32,000 nt of DNA from Mycobacterium leprae TN (GCF_000195855.1 NC_002677.1:2490001-2522000), one strand, 5' to 3'; positions 10,252 through 19,070 are shown, numbered from the stretch's first letter. Numbers and translations are program-made. Notes: generated by a model from the letters alone, not told the origin.

Positions 10252-11645
10252 TCAGCCCTTTCACCATACCCAGGAAATAAAGCGGACGACCCTGCGAGCT
10301 AGCCCGGCGAGGTGGCTGGTTTCGATGACAGCGTCGATGCCCTTATAGTCCTAGGGTCTTCCCTGCGGAACTTGCCACGCACGAGTATGCCATCCTCCCC
10401 GAGGCTTCTGCTCAACACCTCGGCGTTGGTGTTACGGCCGATTCAGTGGCGGCTTTGCACTCTGCCGGCGCTGCGTGCGGTGAAAAGAAAGCGGGATTGT
10501 ACGGTGCACCGGCCAGCCCTTACGAGACGGTGTCCATCGGTCCGGGGATAAGCACCGATTTAGCCGACCACGGCCAGTTCAGCCGGCACATCGGGATGTT
10601 ACAGCCGGTAGCGAGCCGGCAACACCCTTGCGATGCACGCATAGGGTGTGTATCTGGCCGTCGACGGGGTGCTCTTCGCAGTTTGGCTCGGCTGTACGAT
10701 GCATTATAAAACAAGTCCAGCAAGGTCGTGGTTTGCTTGTCGAACACCCGACGAGTCGCTTCGGTGAACAGCTGACGGTTGGCGCGTCCGTAGTTGGCCA
10801 CCGCGGCCAGGCAGACAAACTTGGCCTTTGGGTGAGCGGACGGACACGCACGCCAACTGAGGGTCTTGTACTTGAATACTGCAACTGTCCAAGGCAGTTT
10901 GCCATCTGGTGTACGTTATCGGTACAGATCTGGTGGCCCGAGCCGCGTGAGCAGGTACGGATCATGCCGCACGCGGTGCCTGAGGGGAGACCTATCTGTG
11001 TGGTGGTGTCGTAACACGCTTTCCACGTCCTGCACTTCCAAGATACAGCTGCCCGAATTCAGGTAGCCAATCTGCTCAAGCCTTCGTTCGATCACTCGCT
11101 AACTAACCGCCGCCGCGTCGGTCCCCATGAGCACGTCGCCGTCCTCGCAACGCTACAAGTCACGCGCAACACCGTGTCCCTGTTGCACCACAAACTTGGC
11201 GCCGTCGATGAAAATATCCTCCAGCACAGCGCAGTTGGACAACAGCCACACGCCATTGGTGCCCAAACCGCACGGTATCGCGACATCGAGGCGCGGTGTC
11301 GAGGTGGTCCAATCATCACGCGGATCTTTGGTGGCAGCCGCTGGCGATCCAGGCTACTGACTAAACGCCTTACCCAGCAAGAGATGTCAAAGCCAACCCC
11401 ACCGGGGGAGACAACTCCGACGGCGTCGATATCGGTTACGGCCACACCGCCAGTCGAAAACCCATAGCCCCAATGCACGTCCGGCATCGCATACGACGCC
11501 CGAACAATCCTGGGCAGCGTGGGTCCCCACAGTGGCCACCTGAACCAGCACCATATCGGCCCTCGGACAACAGTAACCTGATCCCAGGCACCCGGACAGC
11601 TTGTTCGATCCGGAACCGGTCTAGAGTCTCCTCGACGATTTGCAT
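10252..11645 (-). pseudogene. rtcB: RNA ligase RtcB pseudogene
   Basis: Minus-strand fragments read [19 protein letters not shown]...[31 protein letters not shown] and the C-terminal YKGIDAVIETSHLAGLARRVV. They are separated by frameshifts and stops, including a TGA two codons before the presumed original stop. Confidence 0.75.
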
Positions 11646-12005
11646 ACGAATGATCCCCTCACTCAACACATCCAATGTCACCACACACCGCAGGCCATGC
11701 TCGGCGTACGAGAAGCGAACATCGTTGACCGACAACATCTTCAGCAAAGAACAGATCTGATGCAGTGTCGTTGCATCAACCATCAAAAGTTAGCGTCGAC
11801 GGCGCTGTCTGCACCGTTCGGATTGACATCAACCGGCACCTCACGCTTACTATCCAGCAAAGTAAATTACCTCATCCAGCACCGCTGCCAGCAGATCGTC
11901 GTCCCGGTCGGTAGTCAGCCGGCTTAGGCGGGTATGGCGCGGCTTAATCTACGAGGAATCCAGGAAACTTTCTACCGTGACGAGCACAGCCTCCCTGATA
12001 CAGCC
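11646..12005 (-). pseudogene. Archease-like pseudogene (RtcB activator), 5'-truncated at the repeat boundary
   Basis: It lies immediately upstream of rtcB on the same strand. The fragments DRDDDLLAAVLDEVIY, VPVDVNPNGADSAVDANF and AEHGLRCVVTLDV resemble the archease core and C-terminus. The N-terminal roughly 25 codons are missing where the 422-bp repeat begins. Confidence 0.45.
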
Positions 12006-12427
12006 ATCACGTGTCCAACGAATGCCCACGCCTCGATCCGCAGCACACTACGATGCCCTGATGGCTGCTCTGCCAACGCTTTGCGTGGGTTTGTTCTAGG
12101 AATTTGCGGTGCGCCACCCGGCTCAGGTGATCAGTGAACCGGTCGCGGGGCAAACACCGCGACCCACTCGAGGGTGCCTGGTTCTTCGAAGAGGTGGGTG
12201 GAGCTGGGAAACCACGACGATTTCGTGCGTGCCAGGTATCACCGACCCCGCCCGACGATTCAGACTTCACCATATCAGCTCACAACCTAGCAGCGTGGGT
12301 GAGCGAACCTTGGTCAAGACCTAGCCTAGCCAGGTCAGGTCACCCGCCGCGCTACACCACCGCCGCTACCCTCACGGCGGGGATCGGCCACGACGGCCAG
12401 CGCAGCACCTGCCCCGGTGCTCGCACC
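12006..12427 (-). repeat. Inverted-repeat copy A (422 bp, 100 percent identical to the reverse complement of 14357-14778)
   Basis: I verified the identity base by base against copy B. The minus strand carries the same decayed hydrolase C-terminus (GASTGAGAALAVVADP...STHLFEEPGTLEWVA) plus 125 bp of its 3' flank. It is not contiguous with the upstream part of that gene. Confidence 0.95.
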
Positions 12428-13215
12428 TCATGGCCTAAAATCGGATCCCTAAAGCACCGAAGCTGTGTTGACATCGCTGTCTCGTTTATGCGTCAGCACT
12501 TTTGCGGCAACATCCCGCAACGACAAATCGCGGATCAACCACACCACGGGCCAGTCGTAGCGTGTAGCTCATAGAGTCCGGAACGCCAGCTGACTTCATC
12601 GCCACTGAGCCGACGAGTACATGTCGTTTACCGTGAGCGCTGACCATAGCAGGGGAGCATGCGGCGGGCAGGTCAGCTACCGCCCTGACACCCTGGATCT
12701 ACACCGTGGTGAAAGTCACTACAGTGTCAGTCAACCCCTGGTAGCCGAAGTCCAGAATGTGGTTGTTGGCTAGGACACACATTCGGCCGTAACGCCGCCA
12801 GTCAAGTTATCCGCGTGCATTCGATAACAGGACTTTTTGTACTCGAACAGACCTTTTCGTACTCTACAAATTCACCGCCAGCGGTGATCGTTGTCTCCAG
12901 GTTGACCCTGCCGCGCATCGGGGGCAGCCGCATCGAGGAGCCCCAGCATCTCGCCCCAGGGTTAATGCCAATCCACCGGGCACGGAATCGACCGGTTCAC
13001 GTGCTCGACCAACCGAACGTATCCTCAAGCAAAACGCATGATGCAGCTCACGTAACTCCGTTTTGCCAGAATATGGTAGGATATGATCAAACATTTCGCC
13101 CAAGCATCACATCACCGCCCAGTAGCACCGTAACCGCATCTTTTAGGGTTATCCGAAGCTCCTCGACAATTGACCCGGTTTCCATCCCGTCGACGTTAGT
13201 AGAGTCGGCGACTGC
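12428..13215 (-). pseudogene. CapA / PGA-synthesis-family metallophosphatase pseudogene, 3'-truncated at repeat copy A
   Basis: The minus strand reads DAVTVLLGGDVMLGRNV then a stop, followed by RVNLETTIT. LAALRPNVCPSQQPHSGLRLPGVD corresponds to the family's aGfdvvslANNHxxDxG region. Several stops and shifts are present, and only about 260 of about 380 codons remain. Confidence 0.55.
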
Positions 13216-13367
13216 CGGTTAGGAAGCTTTGGTCCCCACCGCAGTGGCCTTACGGGCCTTCGGAGGGCGGACCCGTCACACCCACACTACAAGGAATGAC
13301 AGAACGGACCGGTAGCAACGATAGCGGGCGTCCGTTGGCTTGGCGGCTGGCTTCATTGCGCAACAGT

Positions 13368-14072
13368 ATGAGGTTGTTCGACGATCGTGTCGACGCTGGA
13401 CGGCACCTTGCCGAACGCTTGGAGTCGTTGCGCGGCAAGGACATGGTTGTGCTAGGCCTGCCCCGGGGCGGGGTACCAGTGGCTTTCGAGGTCGCCAAGG
13501 CGCTGCGGGCGCCGCTGGACGTCCTGGTAGTGCGCAAGCTGGGGGTACCATTTCAGCCCGAATTGGCTTTCGGCGCCATCGGTGAGGGCGGTGTGCGGGT
13601 GACCAACGACTCCGTGGTGGCCGAAGCCGACCTGTCACAGGACGAGATGGCCGCCATCGAAACGGAGCAACGTGCGGAACTAATGCGTCGTTCGGAACGG
13701 TTCCACCGCAGGCACGACCGCGCCCCGATCGGGGGGCGGATCGCGGTGATCGTCGACGACGGCATCGCAACCGGCGCGACCGCCAAGGCCTCCTGCCAGG
13801 TGGCCCGCGCCCAGGGCGTCAGCAAGGTGGTGCTGGCAGTTCCTATCGGCGGACGCGATATCTTCGCACGATTCGCCGGATACGCCGACGAGGTGGTCTG
13901 CCTACACACACCTGCGTTCTTCTGCGCCGTGGGCCAGGGATATTGCAATTTCACCCAGACGTCCGACGCTGAGGTGATCGCGCTGCTCGATCGCGCTCGG
14001 GAAGGCTTTGGCGAGTCTGCGACCACCGCCACACTCGGCGACCCACAGATACGTGACGAGGAGGTTTGGTGA
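13368..14072 (+). CDS. Phosphoribosyltransferase-domain protein: the surviving N-terminal domain of a two-domain PRTase-hydrolase gene
   Basis: The open frame runs 13296-14072, and ATG 13368 (MRLFDDRVDAGRHLAERL) is the likely start. The PRPP-binding loop VIVDDGIATGATAKA is intact, as is VLGLPRGGVPVA. The frame ends at a stop where homologues continue into a hydrolase domain. Whether the truncated product is functional is unknown. Confidence 0.55.
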   Translation: MRLFDDRVDAGRHLAERLESLRGKDMVVLGLPRGGVPVAFEVAKALRAPLDVLVVRKLGVPFQPELAFGAIGEGGVRVTNDSVVAEADLSQDEMAAIETEQRAELMRRSERFHRRHDRAPIGGRIAVIVDDGIATGATAKASCQVARAQGVSKVVLAVPIGGRDIFARFAGYADEVVCLHTPAFFCAVGQGYCNFTQTSDAEVIALLDRAREGFGESATTATLGDPQIRDEEVW

Positions 14073-14653
14073 GCGCCGGACCGGTAGTTGGTGGCCGGAT
14101 ATCTGACAATTCCGGAGTATCCGATCAGTTACGTAGTTTTCGCCCACGGCAATGGCAGCAGCTCCCGCAACCACTATAAGTATCCGAGGTCTTGAATACA
14201 GCAGGTTTGCCACCCTGCTGTTCGATCTGCTCACCCCTGACGAGGAGCGCGACCGCGCCAACGTCTTTGATGTCGAATTACTGGAGCGACGGTTGAGTAG
14301 ATATCACCGGCTGGCTAGACAGCCCGATACCGCGACACTTCTGGTTCGGCTACTTCGGTGCGAGCACCGGGGCAGGTGCTGCGCTGGCCGTCGTGGCCGA
14401 TCCCCGCCGTGAGGGTAGCGGCGGTGGTGTAGCGCGGCGGGTGACCTGACCTGGCTAGGCTAGGTCTTGACCAAGGTTCGCTCACCCACGCTGCTAGGTT
14501 GTGAGCTGATATGGTGAAGTCTGAATCGTCGGGCGGGGTCGGTGATACCTGGCACGCACGAAATCGTCGTGGTTTCCCAGCTCCACCCACCTCTTCGAAG
14601 AACCAGGCACCCTCGAGTGGGTCGCGGTGTTTGCCCCGCGACCGGTTCACTGA
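14073..14653 (+). pseudogene. Decayed dienelactone-hydrolase-like C-terminal domain of the PRTase gene
   Basis: Domain pieces lie in three frames: GYLTIPEYPISYVVFAHGNGSS, FATLLFDLLTPDEERDRANVFDVELL, GYFGASTGAGAALAVVADP and STHLFEEPGTLEWVA. Several stops interrupt them. From 14357 onward this sequence is repeat copy B. Confidence 0.65.
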
Positions 14654-14778
14654 TCACCTGAGCCGGGTGGCGCACCGCAAATTCCTAGAACAAACCCACG
14701 CAAAGCGTTGGCAGAGCAGCCATCAGGGCATCGTAGTGTGCTGCGGATCGAGGCGTGGGCATTCGTTGGACACGTGAT
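14357..14778 (+). repeat. Inverted-repeat copy B (native copy, contiguous with the PRTase-hydrolase gene)
   Basis: It is the exact reverse complement of 12006-12427. The coding context GYF|GASTG runs uninterrupted across its inner boundary, so this copy sits in its original gene context. Confidence 0.95.
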
Positions 14779-15232
14779 AAATACCGTGTCGTCGTCGACC
14801 GTCTCGGCATGGCCGCAACTATGCATAACCAGGTAGAGCCATCCCGGACCGAGGGGCCACTTGCAACATCCGCACTGTGGGTCGGCGGCCATGGCTTCTT
14901 CTCTACCCGGCCTCACCATCACGGCCACCGGTCCGAGCCCGGGAATTCCCATTAGAGCGCGCAGACATGCGGGCAGCTAGATGTGGAGTGCCTCAAAGGT
15001 GACGATACGGCCCGTCTGCCACAGACTCTAACAGCTTGTCAGAGGTGTGCGCGCCGAGCGCCAAAATCGCCATCAAACCCTTCCGCTCCGAAATGTCCAG
15101 ATCAAGCCGGTAACCGGCGACCGAACGGGCGGCCTTTCCATACCAGCGCACCCGGTATGGATCGCCGCCAGAGATGGCAATCAGATCGGCCAAATCATGC
15201 AGAGCAACGGCCGCAGTTTAATTCGAACGCAT
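14779..15232 (-). pseudogene. PolX-type helix-hairpin-helix protein pseudogene fragment, 3'-truncated at repeat copy B
   Basis: ATG at 15232 is followed by an in-frame TAA at codon 5. The sequence then reads AVALHDLADLIAISGGDPYRVRWYGKAARSVA (PolX N-terminal 8-kDa-domain pattern) and IPGLGPVA (HhH motif). No PHP or polymerase core follows. Confidence 0.5.
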
Positions 15233-15879
15233 GAAGCATACCCGCGTGACCCGAACTAGCGCGCCTGTTCACCAGAAGTTGCGGGCACAATTACACAGCA
15301 GCGTCCTTTGTAGTCATGGAAACAGATACAGAATGGATCCCGCTATATATGCTCACCAGCGGCGAAAAACCTTACTGTTGGACTTGTGACCCCGATGGGG
15401 AGAACCTCTGACTTCGGCAATCTCGGCGTCGCAGCGGTAGCTTCAAGAATCCCGATCGACCGATGCTAAGGATTACCTTCATTATGAAAAATGTGGATCC
15501 AAATTGGAGGCCACGATGAAGAAAACGAGTAGCAGATGACTCTACCTATGACCTGCTAACGGTCTGTAAGCCAAAGGGATTCAGCAGCAAAGATATTCAC
15601 TTCACAGTACGAGGTACTGGCAAAAGATCACGATCGATATCCAACCCACGAGTCAGTGCGACACACAAAGCCTAACAACTCGACAACGAGCTCAAACAGC
15701 AATCATGACCACAACAGGTAAGCGTGTATCGAAATCTCCTTGGACCGCAACGCAGTCTTTGCTTACCTGCGTCGGCGGTACTCGACTCACATAGCACGGT
15801 ATCCCGTGCTGTGTGAGTCTTCGCCTACTGGCGCACCACCACGCCGCCGCGCACCAAGGACCCCCGATTCCCGACAGCG

Positions 15880-16230
15880 ACATAGAATTCCGTTACTACA
15901 CCACATTGCAGCATGCTTTCCACCACCCACAACAACAGGGTCGTCCTCGACGTCGACACGGTGTCCAGTGAGCGCTGGCTACTGCAACGCATTCCGCGGC
16001 GACCACATCGACCACGCCATGACTTTCGGTCTGACTGTGCTCTCACCCTTACACGACAGCACCCGCAAGCCCGTGACCTCTGATCGGCTCTAACTGCGCC
16101 TGCGGCGCGGTCCGCAAACTGGTGGAACCACGATGGACGCATCTGCTAACGACAAATCCGCGACACCGCGAAACGCATCTATAACTCCGCCCAGGCACCA
16201 AGACCTATTCGCACAGCAATGCCGATAGGG
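15880..16230 (+). pseudogene. HNH endonuclease (mycobacterial DUF222 / 13E12-repeat-type) pseudogene, C-terminal part
   Basis: CPVSAGYCNAFRGDHIDHAMTF resembles the CxxxGCxxxxxxCDIDH HNH core. An in-frame TAA lies at 16091-16093. It is followed by TGGTT.DAS.ND..ATPRNASITPP, resembling the conserved W..Q..DGT..WT.PTGR.Y..P tail. Confidence 0.4.
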
Positions 16231-16600
16231 CGAAGAAAGTGAAAGCGTCAACAACACGCTCGATCCGATCGCACCTCCTACGTTGAACGGACGATCGCCT
16301 GCAACGCAGTTAGCCAGCCGACTCTCCTTTGTCCACAACGCAATATCGGCGTACCTAACACCGTCGACAACAACCGAAGAGCGAGCCTCCTTACACTGGC
16401 CACCATGCTAAGCACATACCACGCACGCGCAAAGCGTCGCGGAGCTATAAGCGTGCACACTACACTCACACCTGCCACACACCGACGAACTAACAGGGGC
16501 CGATCGCGAGGAACGGCGCCAGGACGCCAAGAACACCACTGAAGACCGTCCACAACCTCCAATCGGCTAGAGTTTTAGCCACGTAATCAGAACATCCCTG

Positions 16601-16673
16601 GCCCTCGTAGCTCAGGGGATAGAGCACGGCTCTCCTAAAGCCGGTGTCACAGGTTCGAATCCTGTCGGGGGCA
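16601..16673 (+). tRNA. tRNA-Arg (anticodon CCU)
   Basis: 73 nt folds into a full cloverleaf: acceptor GCCCUCG/CGGGGGC, D arm GCUC/GAGC, anticodon stem CGGCU/AGCCG with loop CUCCUAA, T arm ACAGG-UUCGAAU-CCUGU and discriminator A. CCA is not encoded. Confidence 0.95.
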
Positions 16674-16976
16674 CTTGTCCGGCACGCAGGATTCACGTAG
16701 ATGAACGCTATTTTCAGACACCCATCTACTGGATTCGGCTTGCTCTGTTCTGATCGTGCAGTAGCCGGTTATAGTTCGGTGCCAGGTTACCCAGCCTGAC
16801 ACCGATAGTCAATCGCGCCATAAGCTCGAGTCGAGAAGCAAAATCGTCCAGATCTGGTCGCCGCTGAGTCGCACCTAGAAAGTCGAGCACGCCATCGAAC
16901 ACAGTGGTGATTTATGCCCAAACGCCAGCCGCTACCAAAGCCAACCCACACCCGTCGCCGTAGCCCTGCCACGTTT

Positions 16977-17500
16977 TCATCGAAAGTCCTTAGCCGACGA
17001 GCGCGCGTCTTTCATCAACAGCATCAGGTACAACAGATCGGTCGGAGAGGCCTCGAACTCGAAGTAGGCGTAGAACGCGTGGACCTCATCGTGTAGCACA
17101 CACACACAAGAATCGCCCACATCCCCCCGATTGAGTCCGTGGCCTGGGACACAGCGACCGATCGCATCACGCAGCCAGATGGCTACCCAGGACCCCGCCC
17201 TGTTATTTGTTTACGATCAACTGCCAACCTCGACAGCAGGATCACCGGAACCGGTTCAAGCATATCGCTATACATCCTTCCCGGAGCATTAGCACACGCA
17301 CCAGACCCTGACACTAAGCATAGAAGCCGACCATCCGACCGTTGCGGCACATCACGAAACAGCGCAACCCGACCTGGGACATGGTTGGCAAACCCCCGAT
17401 TGCGCAAGTAACCGTCCCAGATTGGGCTTCCCACTACTAAAGTTCGCGACGTCATCGGCGCCGTTGATCAGTCGCGGCACACTATAGCCGCTCACACCTA
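16977..17500 (-). pseudogene. GNAT acetyltransferase toxin (TacT-type) pseudogene
   Basis: Minus-strand pieces read DDVANFSSGKPNL, YLRNRGFANHVPGR, VPVILLSRLAVDRKQITGRG (acetyl-CoA loop RLAVD..QGxGxG) and the C-terminal DEVHAFYAYFEFEASPTDLLYLMLLMKD. They lie in three frames with stops. Confidence 0.65.
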
Positions 17501-17790
17501 GGTGTCGAAAATGGACCATTCGGCAAAATCGCTTCTCTAACCGAGGCTTGTGTAAGACGAATCGGTCCAACACGGCCAGGAACTCAGTCCACACGGCGTC
17601 GGGGAGCACGAAGAGTCGGCGGTCGGCCTATAACAACGTCGCGCGCGTGCGCCAACACCAAGGTAATTGTGAAATTGGTGAAGTCAATCCCCTCAACCTC
17701 AGCGGCACAACGAATCACCGCGTCCTGCTTAGAGTTCAGAAGCGCTGCAAGACGCTCAGGCCTTGGTAAGACCTTCTCTATTGAGCACCT
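17500..17790 (-). pseudogene. DUF1778 (TacA-type) antitoxin pseudogene
   Basis: ERLAALLNSKQDAVIRCAAEVEGIDFTNFTITLVLAHARDVV shows the RHH antitoxin pattern. A frameshift leads into ADRRLFVLPDAVWTEFLAVLDRFVLHKPRLEKRF, the DUF1778 C-terminal pattern. It lies directly upstream of the GNAT toxin remnant. Confidence 0.55.
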
Positions 17791-17809
17791 AAGACAAGCG
17801 TACAAGTCA

Positions 17810-18780
17810 ACACCGGTGGCCTGTACAATGGTTCCTGCTTGACATCAACAAATTCCAGTGGTGTCGATAGCGCTAGCAAACGGTTACTTGACCATCCCCT
17901 GGCAATTGCCGGTGTTCTTTGAGTAGGCGTTGACGTGTCGTTTGTAATCACAGTCACCACGGTGTTAACGACAGCGGCCGAAGGGTGCAGACCCTTGGAC
18001 ATCGTTGTGCAGTAGGGATCCATAACGAGGCGACCGCGACGACAAGCGGCATTTTGCTCTTGGCTGTCTGCGCGGTGTCGAAGACGGCGGCAGGGTATCT
18101 GACGATGTACACGCAGAAATATCAGGAGAACATCACTATAGCCGCAGCGATTCTTGACCATTTTTCTGCGGCCTTATCGACGAATGCGTCTGAGCATTGG
18201 GCCACCAAGGCGACACCAGCAAAACCTGCGGCTGACCCCAGCGAAGCTGATACCAGCACAGCAGACCTCAACACCAGCAACAATCGTTACTATCCGAAAG
18301 GAACAACGAACAAAGAAATACATCTCCAAAGCACTACCAGGGACTAACTTCGTCAACATCTTTGGTATAGCAGGATCTAACTCGAGGTATGCCGCCGCCA
18401 AGAGGCAGGAAACTGATTGATGAAATTCGTCAAACATCTGAGTGCTTCGGGGACATGCTCACTAGGTTGAACACGGAGTGGTTAGGTCCGTCAGTGTTAC
18501 CGATGACCCAGGCGACTGCTCCGCACCAGGGGTGGCGCACTGCCCTCGCAGTAGATCGAGCAAACCGTCGGAGAGACCTTCCGCATCGTGGATGCCTATG
18601 ACACTTCAATAAGTGCGGGGAGAAAGCTGCGGCGATCACAGTCTACTCAAAGCAATGTCAGAACTTCTGAGGCCAGGATGCCCAGAGGACGGATACCGAT
18701 GCAGCTAAGGTGGTGGATGCGTTGTCAGAGTTGACTCCGTAACAGGAACCACCAGAGATCACCGACTAAACCGGGTTGGT
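17810..18780 (-). pseudogene. Possible BCCT-family (BetP-like) transporter remnant, heavily deleted
   Basis: Only weak minus-strand matches were found: GLVGDLWWFLL and IGIRPLG..SEVLTLL, compared with the BCCT N-terminal FGWxxxL and IGxIRLG..PEFS motifs. The call is supported mainly by expected synteny. The length is about half that of an intact gene. Confidence 0.3.
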
Positions 18781-19060
18781 CCAGAGGCCTTCGCAATATC
18801 GCATGACAATAACGGCAACCTCGATGGCGCCGATGACTCAGACATTCAGGCTATCGGGATCGCCCGATATGAGGTGTGTGACGAACCGGTTCGTAACGCC
18901 AACAACTGCCATTAGCATAGAGCGGAACCTCACCACAAGTGTCGGGCAGCCGTGCTTTTCCATGTGAAAAACAATCGGACACGGCGACCAACTACCAGTT
19001 TGGTGACCTGGACAATTACGGCACCCAAGCGGCGTGGTTAGAGGCCGAGTACCTGACCAG
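18776..19060 (+). pseudogene. Possible PE-family pseudogene
   Basis: VTPTTAISIERNLTTSVGQPCFSM resembles the PE core AAPTTxVxxAAxDEVSxxxAxLFSxH. The size (about 95 codons) and the position just before a PPE-like remnant fit a PE/PPE pair. The motif match is weak. Confidence 0.35.
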
Positions 19061-19070
19061 CGCCTGTCAC

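Noticed and set aside
12109-12574. Identical ORFs present in both repeat copies (71 aa, 88 aa, and the shared part of the 146/111-aa ORFs), considered as a possible transposase or repeat-encoded protein
   Set aside because: They are identical only because the DNA is duplicated. The sequence is explained by the decayed hydrolase C-terminus on the other strand or frame. No DDE, HTH or recombinase motifs are present.
13276-14032. Two overlapping minus-strand ORFs (164 aa and 159 aa) opposite the PRTase gene
   Set aside because: Their extremely Arg/Pro/Ala-rich translations are typical of antisense reading of a GC-rich gene. The plus strand has a perfect PRTase signature.
12006-14778. Composite transposon or IS interpretation of the inverted repeat pair
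   Set aside because: No transposase or recombinase gene lies between or within the arms, and no flanking target-site duplication is visible. The arms are gene-derived. This still needs a genome-wide copy count.
14790-14952. Cys-rich stretch (DPQCGCCKW...HSCGHAE), first taken for the missing zinc-finger C-terminus of nrdZ, convergent with the PRTase-hydrolase gene as in M. tuberculosis
   Set aside because: The same frame begins with IPGLGPVA and follows the PolX-type HhH N-terminal remnant, so it is better explained as the second HhH region of that remnant.
17096-17108. (CA)6 microsatellite as an independent feature
   Set aside because: It is too short to be a meaningful repeat locus. I mention it only as a possible frameshift site in the tacT remnant.
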